From an uncultured Nitrospiraceae bacterium (GTDB lineage Bacteria > Nitrospirota > Thermodesulfovibrionia > Thermodesulfovibrionales > Dissulfurispiraceae), in NCBI GenBank assembly GCA_963705105.1, contig CAVPIW010000006.1, positions 128,001 through 192,000 on the forward strand: 64,000 nucleotides of DNA, written 5' to 3'. Position 1 is the first letter of the stretch, and each line of letters starts with the position of its first letter. The position numbers were made by a program, and so were the translations under genes. This document shows, one piece after another, positions 20,175 through 30,078 of the stretch. The notes under the pieces are model-generated. The model was not told the DNA's origin. It made no database searches and saw only the letters and a list, made by a program, of their open reading frames with translations.

Positions 20175-23000
20175 CTAGGTCTGGCCAGCGCCGCCGGCCG
20201 TTTTGTCGAGGACGCTTCTCAGCGTGTCTCTGAGGACCTTCAGGGTGTAAGGCTTCTGGATGAAGCCGGCGAGCCCCTTGCCGACGAAACGTTGTGAGAC
20301 TTCCTGCTCGTTGTATCCGCTCGACATGACGACGGGGAGATTCCGGTGAAGTTTTCGCAGTTCCCGGAACGTCTCCTCTCCGCTCATGCGGGGCATGGTG
20401 AGGTCGAGTATGACGCAGACGATCTCGTCGGCATTGGAGCGAAACACATCCAGCCCCTCGAGTCCGTTGGCGGCGGTGAAAACCTGGAAGCCGAGCATTT
20501 CGAGCATGTTCCTGCCGACGGCCCGGACCGTCTCCTCGTCGTCGATGAGGAGGATGTGACCACCGAATCTCCATTTCTCCTGAAGGTCCGCATCGGGGGC
20601 TTTTCCGGCAGTCTCACCGGCAACAGCCGGAAAGAGGACCTTGAAGGTCGTCCCTTTGCCCGGTTCAGAGTAGACCTTGACGGCGCCGTGATGCCCGCGG
20701 ACGATGCCGAGCACGGCAGCGAGTCCCAGTCCCCTGCCGGTGAACTTCGTGCTGAAGAAGGGATCGAAGATGCGTTGTTTCGTATTCTCATCCATGCCGG
20801 CTCCGGTGTCCGATACCTCGATGTAGACATAGAGCCCTTCGGACAGGTTTTCGTCGAGGTAGGTCTCCCTGAGGTAATTGCGGTCGCAGTCCATCGCTCC
20901 CGTTATGATCGAAATAACGCCGCTCCTTTCTCCGATGGCATCTGAAGCGTTGATGATGAGGTTCATGATGACCTGTCGGATCTGCGTCGCGTCGGCCTTG
21001 AGGAGGGGCAGGTTTTTCCCGAATTCGTAGCGAAGGATCGCTTTCTTGGAGATCGAGACCTCGAGCATATGGGTCATCTCGCTCACGATCCGGGAGAGAT
21101 CGAGACACTCGACGACGAATTTTCCCTTCCCCGAATAGGCGAGCATCTGCCTGCAGAGGTCCGAGGCCCTGATCGAGGCCTTCTCGATTTCCTGAATGTT
21201 CTGCCGGGCCGGCGAGCCCGGGGGCAGTCTGAGCAGGGCAAGGTCGGCGTTGCCGAGGATCGCCATGAGCAGGTTGTTGAAGTCGTGGGCGATCCCTCCC
21301 GCCAGCACACCCAGGCTTTCGAGCTTCTGGACGTGGAGCATCTGTTCCTGGAGCTTTTGTTTTTCTTCCTCCGCCTGCTTGATTTTCGTAATGTCGCGTA
21401 TCGCCGTCACCCTCAAGCGGCGGCCGCCGATGTCCATGGTCTGCGCCCGTGCCTCGACGGGGAAAATGGTCCCGTCTTTTCTGAGGGCGAAATGTTCATA
21501 GGGATCGCAGAGATTCGATTGTACCGCTTCAGACACCCGTTCCAGCGATTGCGCCGCCACAAAGTCGATGACCGGTTTCCCGATCACTTCGTCCCGGTCG
21601 TACCCGAGCATTGCGGCAAGCTGATCGTTGAGGTCGACGAATCTGCCCTCTTCGGTCAGGGCGATGCCTTCGAAAGACGCATCGGCCAGCGTCCTGAACC
21701 TCTGCTCGCTTTCCCGCAGGGCCGTCTGAGCATCAAGGAGTTCGGTGATGTCTGTCGCCATGCCTATGACGCCTGCCAGGTTCCCCGAGGCGTCGTAGAA
21801 GGGAGAGTAGAGCGTGTCGAAGGAGATGCCCTGAACCTGCGTCGTGGTGCGCCTTATTTCACCTGCCAATGCTCCTTTGAGGCCTTCGATCACGGCGGGA
21901 TAATCTTTATAGAGCTCCAGGGCCGACAATCCCACAACCTGTCCGGGTTCGAGGCCGAGTCTTGCAAGGGCCCGGCCCTCGGAAAGCTGAAAGACGCCGT
22001 CCCGGTCGAGGATGAAGATGACCGCCTGCGCGTTCTCCACAACGGTGCGGAATCTCTGTTCACTCTCGCGCAGCGCGTTCTCGGCCTGCCAGCGTTCGGT
22101 GATGTCCTGGCCGATCGACTGGTATTCGATCAGGTTACCCTGATCGTCGAAGATGGCGCGGTCGGTCCACTCCTGCCGGACGATCCGTCCGCCAGGCCTG
22201 ATGGCCTGCTGCTGATAGGTCACGAGCGGATTGTCCCGCGTGAGAGAGAGATAATGCCTTCTCACCGTCTCGCGGTCCTTTTCCACTATGAACTGAAAGA
22301 AGTTTTGTCCTGTCAGTTCTTCCCGCGTTCTGCCGAAATAGGAATAGTACATAGTGTTGACGAAGGTCAATGTGCCGTCGGGAAGAAAGCGGCAGATCAG
22401 GGCCGGCATATCCTCGACAAGGGCCCGGTAGCGCTCTTCACTCTCCCTCAGTTGAATCTCCGCTTTCGTCCGCTCCCTCAGTTCTCTCCCGATCGCTTCG
22501 GCATGCTGCTGCATCTGCTCATGGTAGTATGCGTTCTGCAGCGCGATGGATACGTGGCTGGTCAGTATCCCGAGAAAGGGCTGCCGGGCGGAAAAGTCGC
22601 GCTCCCTGAAGGAAGCGAGGGACAGGACGCCGAGGACCCGGTCACGGTATGTGAGGGGCAGAGCCGCAAATGAACGGATCCCCGCTTCCTTGCATTCATT
22701 GAGCGTACACAGGGGGTCGGCGTTGATATCTATTGAATAAAAGGGTCTGCATTCACTGACGGCGAGACCGCAGAGACAGACGCCGACTTTCTTTATGTCC
22801 GGGGCGATCTGCGTGCCGCTGTCCGCGCGGTTCCAGTATCCCTTCAGCATCAGGGTGTCGTCTTCGCGGACGTAAAAAAAGACCGCATCGGGCTCAAGGA
22901 CGGCGGCGATCTGCTTTATGGTCTTTTCGACGACGCCGGTGACGGAGAGGTTCGAGCTTATGTCGCTGGTGAAAACATGAAGGGCAAGGAGTTCGTCCAT
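20175..23000 (-). CDS. Hybrid sensor histidine kinase (GAF, 3 PAS, HisKA, HATPase, REC)
   Basis: AGGIAHDFNNLL, DPFFSTK..GRGLGL, C-terminal ILDLTMP...KP. Confidence 0.93.
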   Translation of the reverse strand: MDELLALHVFTSDISSNLSVTGVVEKTIKQIAAVLEPDAVFFYVREDDTLMLKGYWNRADSGTQIAPDIKKVGVCLCGLAVSECRPFYSIDINADPLCTLNECKEAGIRSFAALPLTYRDRVLGVLSLASFRERDFSARQPFLGILTSHVSIALQNAYYHEQMQQHAEAIGRELRERTKAEIQLRESEERYRALVEDMPALICRFLPDGTLTFVNTMYYSYFGRTREELTGQNFFQFIVEKDRETVRRHYLSLTRDNPLVTYQQQAIRPGGRIVRQEWTDRAIFDDQGNLIEYQSIGQDITERWQAENALRESEQRFRTVVENAQAVIFILDRDGVFQLSEGRALARLGLEPGQVVGLSALELYKDYPAVIEGLKGALAGEIRRTTTQVQGISFDTLYSPFYDASGNLAGVIGMATDITELLDAQTALRESEQRFRTLADASFEGIALTEEGRFVDLNDQLAAMLGYDRDEVIGKPVIDFVAAQSLERVSEAVQSNLCDPYEHFALRKDGTIFPVEARAQTMDIGGRRLRVTAIRDITKIKQAEEEKQKLQEQMLHVQKLESLGVLAGGIAHDFNNLLMAILGNADLALLRLPPGSPARQNIQEIEKASIRASDLCRQMLAYSGKGKFVVECLDLSRIVSEMTHMLEVSISKKAILRYEFGKNLPLLKADATQIRQVIMNLIINASDAIGERSGVISIITGAMDCDRNYLRETYLDENLSEGLYVYIEVSDTGAGMDENTKQRIFDPFFSTKFTGRGLGLAAVLGIVRGHHGAVKVYSEPGKGTTFKVLFPAVAGETAGKAPDADLQEKWRFGGHILLIDDEETVRAVGRNMLEMLGFQVFTAANGLEGLDVFRSNADEIVCVILDLTMPRMSGEETFRELRKLHRNLPVVMSSGYNEQEVSQRFVGKGLAGFIQKPYTLKVLRDTLRSVLDKTAGGAGQT

Positions 23001-23120
23001 AAAGGGGCAACCTCACACAGGATTATTACTCTCGCGATCACGGCAGTCCGTCGAGAGGAACCACGAAACCGGGCACGACGACGTAAATCTGCAATTATAC
23101 TACAGACTGCATTTCAACAT

Positions 23121-23870
23121 CTATTTTTCAAGCTTCTTCATGATCTGCGAGCAGACACCGTGAAGCATCTGGAGCTCCCAGGAGGTGAGGCCGGCCCTGC
23201 CGAGGAAATGTTTGATGCTCTTCATGATTGCATGCTCCAGGTCCCTGTCGCCACGGGGAATGTATTCAAGGAGCCTGAGGGTTTCCGCTATCCGGTCGAA
23301 AAGGATGGTCAGCTCGTCGTGGCGAACGAGGGAGACTTTGCTCAGGTGCCGGCAGCCGGCGCCTGACTCCCGGCTCCCGTCGTGTGTCTTTGCCAGCTCA
23401 TAGGCCGTAATGAGCACCGCCTGGGCCAGGTTGAGGGAAGGGTGCTCCCTGTTCGCAGGAATGGTGATGAGAAAGCCGCACTCATCGACCTCGTCGTTGA
23501 AAAGTCCCCGGTCCTCGCGCCCGAAGAGCAGGGCGACGGTATTGCCCCTCGCTATATCGGCAATCCTGCGGGCGCCCTCGTGGGCGGTGAAGATGGCGCC
23601 CCGCTTCCGGCCCGTCCGCCTCGTCGTCCCCACAACGACCGCCGATTCCCTGATCGCATCAGCCAGGGTCGGGTAGGACGGGGCGGATTCGAGGATGTCC
23701 AGGGCGTTATGGGCGAGCCACCGGGCCTCGTCGGTCATGACCGGGGGTGGATTGACGAGGGCCAGTTTGCGGAAGCCCATGTTTTTGAGCGCCCGGGCCG
23801 ATGCGCCGATGTTGCCCGGCTCACGGGGCTCGACGAGCAAGAAGGTGATGTTGTCTTTCCACATAGACAT
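23121..23870 (-). CDS. trmJ: tRNA methyltransferase, TrmJ/LasT (SPOUT) family
   Basis: PGNIGASARALKNMG, LFGREDRGL, SLNLAQAV. Confidence 0.85.
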   Translation of the reverse strand: MSMWKDNITFLLVEPREPGNIGASARALKNMGFRKLALVNPPPVMTDEARWLAHNALDILESAPSYPTLADAIRESAVVVGTTRRTGRKRGAIFTAHEGARRIADIARGNTVALLFGREDRGLFNDEVDECGFLITIPANREHPSLNLAQAVLITAYELAKTHDGSRESGAGCRHLSKVSLVRHDELTILFDRIAETLRLLEYIPRGDRDLEHAIMKSIKHFLGRAGLTSWELQMLHGVCSQIMKKLEK

Positions 23871-23880
23871 GTGCAGGCAT

Positions 23881-23914
23881 AAAAAAGGGCGGGAGGTTAA
23901 CCCCTCCCACCCTT
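23881..23914 (-). terminator. Probable intrinsic terminator
   Basis: GGGCGGGAGG...CCTCCCACCC hairpin with a T6 tail on the minus strand. Confidence 0.7.
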
Positions 23915-23934
23915 CATTCAGTCGATTGGGACTC

Positions 23935-24261
23935 TTAGCAGCCCTCGATCTTTTTCTTCTTCGGTTTGTCGGCAGGCTTGTCGGCCGGTTTGTCAGCAGG
24001 CTTGTCAGCGGCCTTCATGGCCTCCTTCGTGATCTTGCCTCCCTTCACCATGACCTTATCGCCGACCTTCAGGTCCTTTGCAGCCTTGTCCTCTACGACG
24101 GTCTCCTTGCCCTTGTCATCCTTAATGGTGAACTTGGCGCCCTCGACCTTCGAGATCGTACCCTTCATCTCCTTCGCCTCTTTCACCTCGGCTGCGAAAC
24201 CGAGACCGGCGACGCTCAGGGTGAACATAATTGCGACGATCAATGCGAGAATCTTCTTCAT
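23935..24261 (-). CDS. Secreted small protein with a (DKPA)n linker and C-terminal KKKKIEGC
   Basis: Sec-pathway signal peptide (..GFA-A); beta-rich core; AGGAGG RBS; the only Cys is the last residue. Confidence 0.8.
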   Translation of the reverse strand: MKKILALIVAIMFTLSVAGLGFAAEVKEAKEMKGTISKVEGAKFTIKDDKGKETVVEDKAAKDLKVGDKVMVKGGKITKEAMKAADKPADKPADKPADKPKKKKIEGC

Positions 24262-24314
24262 CTGCTCTTTCACCTCCTTTCATGACTGAATTCTTACGTC
24301 TCTCTCTGTATTGA

Positions 24315-24329
24315 GCAACTCACGTGCCA
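24315..24329 (-). promoter_or_regulatory. Sigma-54 promoter
   Basis: Minus strand TGGCAC-GTGAG-TTGC, an exact -24/-12 consensus upstream of the EGC-tail gene. Confidence 0.75.
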
Positions 24330-24415
24330 ATCAGTAACACCTTATTTTACTTCAATTCCTGCTCTTTTTTCAATGCCCCTTTTACCGAAATGGGGAGTTC
24401 GTTCCTTTTTCGGGA

Positions 24416-25510
24416 TCAGTCCTTCATCGGCTTGATGAACATGAAGTAGGCCATAGTCCAGTTGCCGAGAATGATGAATACCGTCGCCACGATGCTCTGC
24501 AGGGCAAGCGCCGACATACCTGTCAGCGAATGGCCGACTGTTCAACCTCCCGCCGTTGCGGCGCCGAAACCCATGACCATCCCGCCCAGGAACACCCGGA
24601 CGAGCTCAGAGGGGTCCTTGGGGGCTGTGAGTTTGTATTCGTTCAGGTCCTTGGCGCTCAGGTACGCGCCGAGGGGCACGCCGATGACATAGAGGGCGCT
24701 CCAGGTCGCCACGCCGATCCCGAGGATGCCGAACATGGGATCGAAGGGAGCGCTGCTGTTGCCCGTCAGGGCAAACATGAGAAAGTCGATGAGCGGACCG
24801 GAGAACGACAGGCCCCTTGCCTGGCCGCCGTAAAAGTAGGATGCCCACCATGCCACGATGACGAGCAGGCCGACGACAAATCCGCCGACGGACCAGGACC
24901 ATCCCTTTTTCGGCCCCTTTGCGAAGGGATTGCCCTTGAGGATCACAGGGATCAGGATTGCCGCGATAACGGCGATGGTGATCCATTTCGCCTCTATGCC
25001 CCCTCCGAAGAGGTCCCAGAGGGCAAGGCTCGAAATCTCCGTCTCACCCTCTCCCAGGGCGAATTTAAAGCTCTTGATGTACTGCATGACAGGCTTGAGG
25101 GGACCGTGATAGGTGGCGATGAGAGAAGCGCCGAAGCCGAAGGTGGCGATCGTCGCGGCGAACTGTCCCTCGCCCTGTTTATACAGCACACCGCTTCCGC
25201 AGCCGCCGGCCATGACGATGCCGAGGCCGAAGATGTATCCCCCGATGATCGCCGAGATCGGCGAGAAGGACTGGCGTCTCAAGCCGAATTCACCGAGAAA
25301 CCCGAGGTCCTCGATAAGGTTCGCACCAATAATAGCAACCAGGAGAGCGAGTAACCATGAACGGAACAGCGTAAGATCGTCTATAAAGATCACGTCTCTA
25401 AATGCTGTGTTCATTCAATATCTGCCGCGCTGAAGGACAAAGCCGAAAGCGACGCCCATGAGGATGCCGCTCAGTATGATCATGATACTGGCTTGTGGAA
25501 TCCCTTCCAT
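24416..25510 (-). CDS. YeeE/YedE (thiosulfate-transporter-like) membrane protein with two in-frame UGA codons, probably selenocysteine
   Basis: One 364-aa frame from an ATG with AAGGAGG RBS: LQRGRY[UGA]MN, AGGCGSG, AGG[UGA]TVGHSLTG; UGAs at 25415-25417 and 24542-24544. Confidence 0.88.
24509..24528 (-). promoter_or_regulatory. SECIS-like hairpin after the second UGA
   Basis: CGCUGACA-GGUA-UGUCGGCG, 8-bp stem, starting 13 nt after the UGA. Confidence 0.65.
25384..25400 (-). promoter_or_regulatory. Weak SECIS-like hairpin after the first UGA
   Basis: UAGAGA-CGUGA-UCUUUA, starting 14 nt after the UGA. Confidence 0.4.
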
Positions 25511-25553
25511 GTAACCCTCCTTAGTTCTTTACTGTTCAGGCCAAAGGCCCCTG

Positions 25554-25721
25554 TCACCAGGTGAATACCCTGTCACAACTCTCTATGAGCGTGACGATCC
25601 GGTCATAATCTTTGCATTCCGTCAGATTGAGCACTTCCACGGTGTGGGATTTCCTGTGCTCATCGATGATCGTCCGGACGCATTCGCCCGGATCGGTTTT
25701 CAGGATGTGCAGCACGTTCAT
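25554..25721 (-). CDS. Small DsrH/TusB-like protein
   Basis: MNVLHIL...DYDRIVTLIESCDRVFTW; tail pattern of DsrH. Confidence 0.6.
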   Translation of the reverse strand: MNVLHILKTDPGECVRTIIDEHRKSHTVEVLNLTECKDYDRIVTLIESCDRVFTW

Positions 25722-25737
25722 GGATGACACATCCTCT

Positions 25738-26013
25738 TTAATAACACAGCACCGCGTCGTATTCGAGGAGCCGCCGGCCAATCTCCTCAGTCGGGAGATG
25801 CACGGTCCCGCTCTCACCCGGCATATTGCTCACAACCTTCAGGCTCAGTTCCCCGGCCATGGTGAGGTTGAAGGCGATGTCCGGGTGGTCGCCGATCCGG
25901 TTGTCAAGTATATACAGATCCACGCTATGGAGGATCGAGAGTCCCACGCCCATCCTGATGCCCTCAGCCTGCCTGTCCCTGACGACGACGGCGATCCGTT
26001 TTCCGCCCGCCAT
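25738..26013 (-). CDS. DsrE/DsrF-like protein
   Basis: KRIAVVVRDRQAEGIRMGVGL...EEIGRRLLEYDAVL. Confidence 0.6.
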   Translation of the reverse strand: MAGGKRIAVVVRDRQAEGIRMGVGLSILHSVDLYILDNRIGDHPDIAFNLTMAGELSLKVVSNMPGESGTVHLPTEEIGRRLLEYDAVLCY

Positions 26014-26028
26014 GGGATCACCACCCTC

Positions 26029-26331
26029 TCACAGCACGATCACCTTGTCGGCTTCGCGGACCATGTCGGCGTTGTCGTACTGGCTGCCGCAGGTTATGCG
26101 GGGGACGTAGTCCTCCCTGGTGATGCCCAACTGCTGACGGTTGAGGTCACAGAGACTCATGCGGACGGTGTCATGGGCGCAGAGCGAAGCGACCTTCTCA
26201 TCCGTCGCCAGGAGACATCCCCGGTCCATGAAAAAGAGGATGACCTTGTGTCCTTTCCTGACGGCAGCCTCTGCGATGCCGATCACGTCGTCCCTGTGCC
26301 TGTCAGTGTTGACGAGTATTCCCAGGGTCAT
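26029..26331 (-). CDS. DsrE-family protein
   Basis: GHKVILFFMDRG, SLCD, GSQYDNA.MV.EADKVIVL. Confidence 0.75.
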   Translation of the reverse strand: MTLGILVNTDRHRDDVIGIAEAAVRKGHKVILFFMDRGCLLATDEKVASLCAHDTVRMSLCDLNRQQLGITREDYVPRITCGSQYDNADMVREADKVIVL

Positions 26332-26540
26332 GCCCCTCCGAGTACAGAAGGCCGGGATGATTTTCAAACGCTATTTTGTAGCATATCGGCACCGAAAAAG
26401 TAAACCTTTCCGCCGCAAAGACATTGAGACATTAAGTTATTAAGTCATTCATATTTCATTAATCGGCAGTCGACAGTCGGAACAGGGCCACGAATACGCA
26501 GGCGGGGAGGCTATGTGAAGGAATTTATGCCGACTGCCGG

Positions 26541-29201
26541 CTATCGACTGTCGACTGCAGTCCTGCGGACGATAGCCTTGCGCAGTTCCTCGGCGGCGAC
26601 GAGGAGGATGCTGAACGGGAGCAGCATGAGCCATATCTCAAGGCCCAGCGGCGCCGTACCGAAGACCCTGTTGCCGAAGGGATGGTAGACGATGAAGAGC
26701 TGCAGCGCCACTTCGAAGAGAATACCGGCGAAGACGAGGGGATTCGAAAAGAACCCCAGGCTGAACAGGGACTGCCGGGAGGAACGGCAGGCAAAAACGT
26801 TCCCGACCTGTGTGATGACGATCGCCGTGAGGCATGCCGTCGTCGCCTGCATATAAAGCCTGTCTTGCGGCTGGAGCGTCATTCCCCATTGCCAGCCTCC
26901 CCCGTACAGGACGAGGAAAAAACCGAACATGCAGGCCGCTGCCTCGATGAGTCCGAGAAACAGATAGGCCCTCACAACGAGTGACGGCCTGATGAGCCTC
27001 TCCTTCACGCTCCTCGGCGGCTGCTTCATGATCTCCGCCGACGGTTTTTCCGCGCCGAGGGCCAGGGCCGGCAGCATGTCCGTGCCCAGGTCGACGGCGA
27101 GTATCTGGATGACGGTGAGGGGGAGGGGGATGCGCAGGATCATGTATGACAGATAGGGAACGGCCTCGGGAATGTTCGAGGCGAAGATGTATGTGATGAA
27201 CTTCCTGATGTTGTCATAAATCGCCCGACCCTCCTCGACGGCATGCACGATCGTCGAGAAATCGTCGTCAAGGATCACCATGTCGGAGGCCTCCTTGGCC
27301 ACATCGGTCCCGGATATGCCCATGGCTATGCCGATATCTGCCCGCTTGAGCGCGGGTGCGTCGTTCACGCCGTCTCCGGTCACGGCAACCACCTCTCCCT
27401 CGTCTTTGAGGACCGACACGATCCTCATCTTTTCCTTCGGCGTCATCCGTGCGAAGATGATCTCTTTGCCGGAGAGCTTTTCGCTCAGTTGCCGGTCGTT
27501 CATACCGTCAAGTTCACGCCCTTCGATGATGACGGGATCGCCTGTGCTCAGCCCTATCTCCCGCGCGATGGCCGCCGCCGTCCTGCTCCCGTCGCCGGTG
27601 ATCATGATCACCCTGATGCCCGCCTCTCTGCACTTCATGATGGCCTGCCGCACCTCCGGTCTCGGAGGGTCTTCAAGGCCGATCAATCCGACAAAGATCA
27701 GATCACGCTCAATCTCTTCCGGTATCAGCTCCCCCGGGATGACGTCCGATTCCCTGTATGCGAAGGCGAGCACCCGGAGCCCCCTGTCCGTCAGGGATTC
27801 ATACGCATCGAGCACCTCTCTGTGCGTGGTATCATTCATCTCCACGGTCTCGGCATTCCTGCGGAGAGAACCGCAGAGGGGAAGGATGCTCTCCGGCGCC
27901 CCCTTTGTCAGGACGAGCCGTTTCCCGTCGATGAGGGCGATGACGGTCATCCTTTTGCGGTCGGAATCAAAGGGTATTTCACCCAGCCGCTCCGTCTCGC
28001 AGCCGCCGGCACTCTCCCTCGTTGCTCTGAGCAGCGCCACCTCCGTCGGGTCACCCCGGTATTCGCCGTCCAGGTACCGGGCATTGTTGCAGATACAGGC
28101 GATCCTGGCGAGCAATCGGTCTGTATACCCGGAGAATTCTGCCGCGTCCATGACCTTGTTATCGCACCATGCCCCTACTACCGTCATCCTGTTCTGCGTG
28201 AGCGTTCCCGTCTTGTCGGTGCAGATGACCGTCACGGCGCCCAGCGTTTCAACGGAGGGAAGCGTCTTGATCAACGCCTTTCTCCTGGCCATCCTCTGGC
28301 TTCCCATGGCGAGGGCGAGGGTCACCGTGGGAAGCATGCCCTCGGGGATGAGCGCCACGGTGATGCCGATGGCGAAGATGAAGTTGGACCAGAAGTCCCT
28401 CCCGATGAGGAAACCCATCACAAAAAAGAATGCGCCCACGACCGTGGCTATTGTGGCCACCAGTCTCGTCACCCTGACGATCTCTTTCTGGAGCGGGCTC
28501 AGACCGGCCTCGACACCGCTTGTGAGGTGGGCGATCCTGCCGAACTCCGTGCTCATGGCAGTGGCGAAAACGACGGCCCGTGCCGACCCGCTCACCACGG
28601 CGGTGCCGGCGAAGACGATGTTCGGGCTCCGGGTAAGCTCACCGTCAAAGGGCCTGACATCTCGCAGGACCGCCTCTGATTCACCCGTCAGGGGCGCGTT
28701 GTTCACCCTGAGGGAGTTGGACACCAGGAGCCGCGCGTCGGCGGGGACCTTATCACCCTCTGCGAGAAGGATGACATCGCCGGGCACGACCTCTCTTGCC
28801 GGGATCTCCTTTTCTCCCCCGTCCCGCAGGACTTTCACATGGAAGGGAAGGAGCTTCCTGAGCGCGCTGAGCGCCCTCTCGGCCCGGTATTCCTGGACAA
28901 AGGTGAAGACGGCGTTGATCATGATGACTGCAATGATCGCCCATCCGAGGGTGAGCATACCCTCGCCGGGATGAAAATACTCGGAGACGAAACAGAGGAA
29001 AGCGGCGACCCAGAGAAGGACGGCGAGCAGGTGCGTGAACTGGGAGAGGAACCTGCGGGCCAGCGATGTCTTCCGCACCTCGGTGATCTCGTTCAAGCCG
29101 TACTCACGGAGCCTTTGTTCGGCCTCCTCGACGGAGAGTCCCGACGGTGACGTCACGAGGCTGCTGATGACCTCTTCGGCTGTCTGGCTGTGGACCCTCA
29201 C
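26541..29201 (-). CDS. Cation-transporting P-type ATPase (type II)
   Basis: TGES, PEGM, DKTGTLT, KGAPE, TGDGVNDAPAL. Confidence 0.95.
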   Translation of the reverse strand: MRVHSQTAEEVISSLVTSPSGLSVEEAEQRLREYGLNEITEVRKTSLARRFLSQFTHLLAVLLWVAAFLCFVSEYFHPGEGMLTLGWAIIAVIMINAVFTFVQEYRAERALSALRKLLPFHVKVLRDGGEKEIPAREVVPGDVILLAEGDKVPADARLLVSNSLRVNNAPLTGESEAVLRDVRPFDGELTRSPNIVFAGTAVVSGSARAVVFATAMSTEFGRIAHLTSGVEAGLSPLQKEIVRVTRLVATIATVVGAFFFVMGFLIGRDFWSNFIFAIGITVALIPEGMLPTVTLALAMGSQRMARRKALIKTLPSVETLGAVTVICTDKTGTLTQNRMTVVGAWCDNKVMDAAEFSGYTDRLLARIACICNNARYLDGEYRGDPTEVALLRATRESAGGCETERLGEIPFDSDRKRMTVIALIDGKRLVLTKGAPESILPLCGSLRRNAETVEMNDTTHREVLDAYESLTDRGLRVLAFAYRESDVIPGELIPEEIERDLIFVGLIGLEDPPRPEVRQAIMKCREAGIRVIMITGDGSRTAAAIAREIGLSTGDPVIIEGRELDGMNDRQLSEKLSGKEIIFARMTPKEKMRIVSVLKDEGEVVAVTGDGVNDAPALKRADIGIAMGISGTDVAKEASDMVILDDDFSTIVHAVEEGRAIYDNIRKFITYIFASNIPEAVPYLSYMILRIPLPLTVIQILAVDLGTDMLPALALGAEKPSAEIMKQPPRSVKERLIRPSLVVRAYLFLGLIEAAACMFGFFLVLYGGGWQWGMTLQPQDRLYMQATTACLTAIVITQVGNVFACRSSRQSLFSLGFFSNPLVFAGILFEVALQLFIVYHPFGNRVFGTAPLGLEIWLMLLPFSILLVAAEELRKAIVRRTAVDSR

Positions 29202-30040
29202 CGTGTTCCCTGTCTCGGGTTCAGGATGATGAGATTACAGGGTGTTTCCAGGAGCACCTGCTCGATAGGGCTGCGCCGGATCACACCCTCGAGCAGGCCC
29301 CGTTCGCTTGCTCCCATGATGATGAGATCGCTTCTCCTGTGGGCGGCTTCTATGGTGATCGTTCTTGGAACAACTCCATAGCCCGTCTTCTTTTCGTGGA
29401 GGACCTCGTATTTCCTGAGACACTCCGCGAACTCCTCCACGTCGCTTGACAGTCTCTGCTCCCTTTCGGCGGGACTCAGGTGCACCTCTCCCTGAAAGAA
29501 GCTCGTGAGGGGACTGCTCAGGTGAAAGAGGGTCACTGTCGAGCCGAAGGACGACGCCATGCGGGCGACGAAGCAGGATCGCTCCTCGATGCGCGTCATG
29601 CGACTCCTCAGCGGGACGAGGATGCGCCGGGGATGGACCTTGCCCATGTGGACGACCCGGACCATGGCGACGGAGCAGGGGAGCCGCAGCATCAGATCCC
29701 GTGCGAGCGTCTTGGTGAAGAATCTCTTTTTGACGTCTTCCCTTCGCGTGGCAGTGAAGACGATGTCGATGGCGCTGCCCTGAACGGTTGCCCGTATCAC
29801 CGAAAAGGGATCTCCCGTCTCGGTGACGCTCCGGACCTCGATGCCCTCGCCCTCGGCCTCTATAAAGAGCCGCTCAAGGGCCGCTTCAGCCCTCCGGAAT
29901 ACATCGTGGCCGATACCTTCACCGGCGACGAAGAGGAGAAAGAGCCTCGCCCGGCACGAGCGGGCCAGTGCGATGGCATAGCGGGCGGCGACCTCTGAAT
30001 TTGTGTATTCATTGACTGCAGCGAGTATGTTCGAGTACAT
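29198..30040 (-). CDS. Tandem universal stress protein
   Basis: MYSNILAAV...; DLIIMGASERG...ETPCNLII. Confidence 0.85.
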   Translation of the reverse strand: MYSNILAAVNEYTNSEVAARYAIALARSCRARLFLLFVAGEGIGHDVFRRAEAALERLFIEAEGEGIEVRSVTETGDPFSVIRATVQGSAIDIVFTATRREDVKKRFFTKTLARDLMLRLPCSVAMVRVVHMGKVHPRRILVPLRSRMTRIEERSCFVARMASSFGSTVTLFHLSSPLTSFFQGEVHLSPAEREQRLSSDVEEFAECLRKYEVLHEKKTGYGVVPRTITIEAAHRRSDLIIMGASERGLLEGVIRRSPIEQVLLETPCNLIILNPRQGTR

Positions 30041-30078
30041 ACTTCAATTATACCGCAGTGCTGAAGAGATCCCGGCAA

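Noticed and set aside
24416..25510. YeeE as a pseudogene, or genome-wide UGA reassignment
   Set aside because: Both UGAs fall exactly on conserved Cys motifs with no other decay, and many neighbouring genes terminate normally at UGA
27243..28974. Long antisense ORFs (also 3365-4444, 21069-22673, 58487-59707, 61308-63029 and others)
   Set aside because: Shadow frames of well-supported genes in GC-rich DNA; no recognisable motifs
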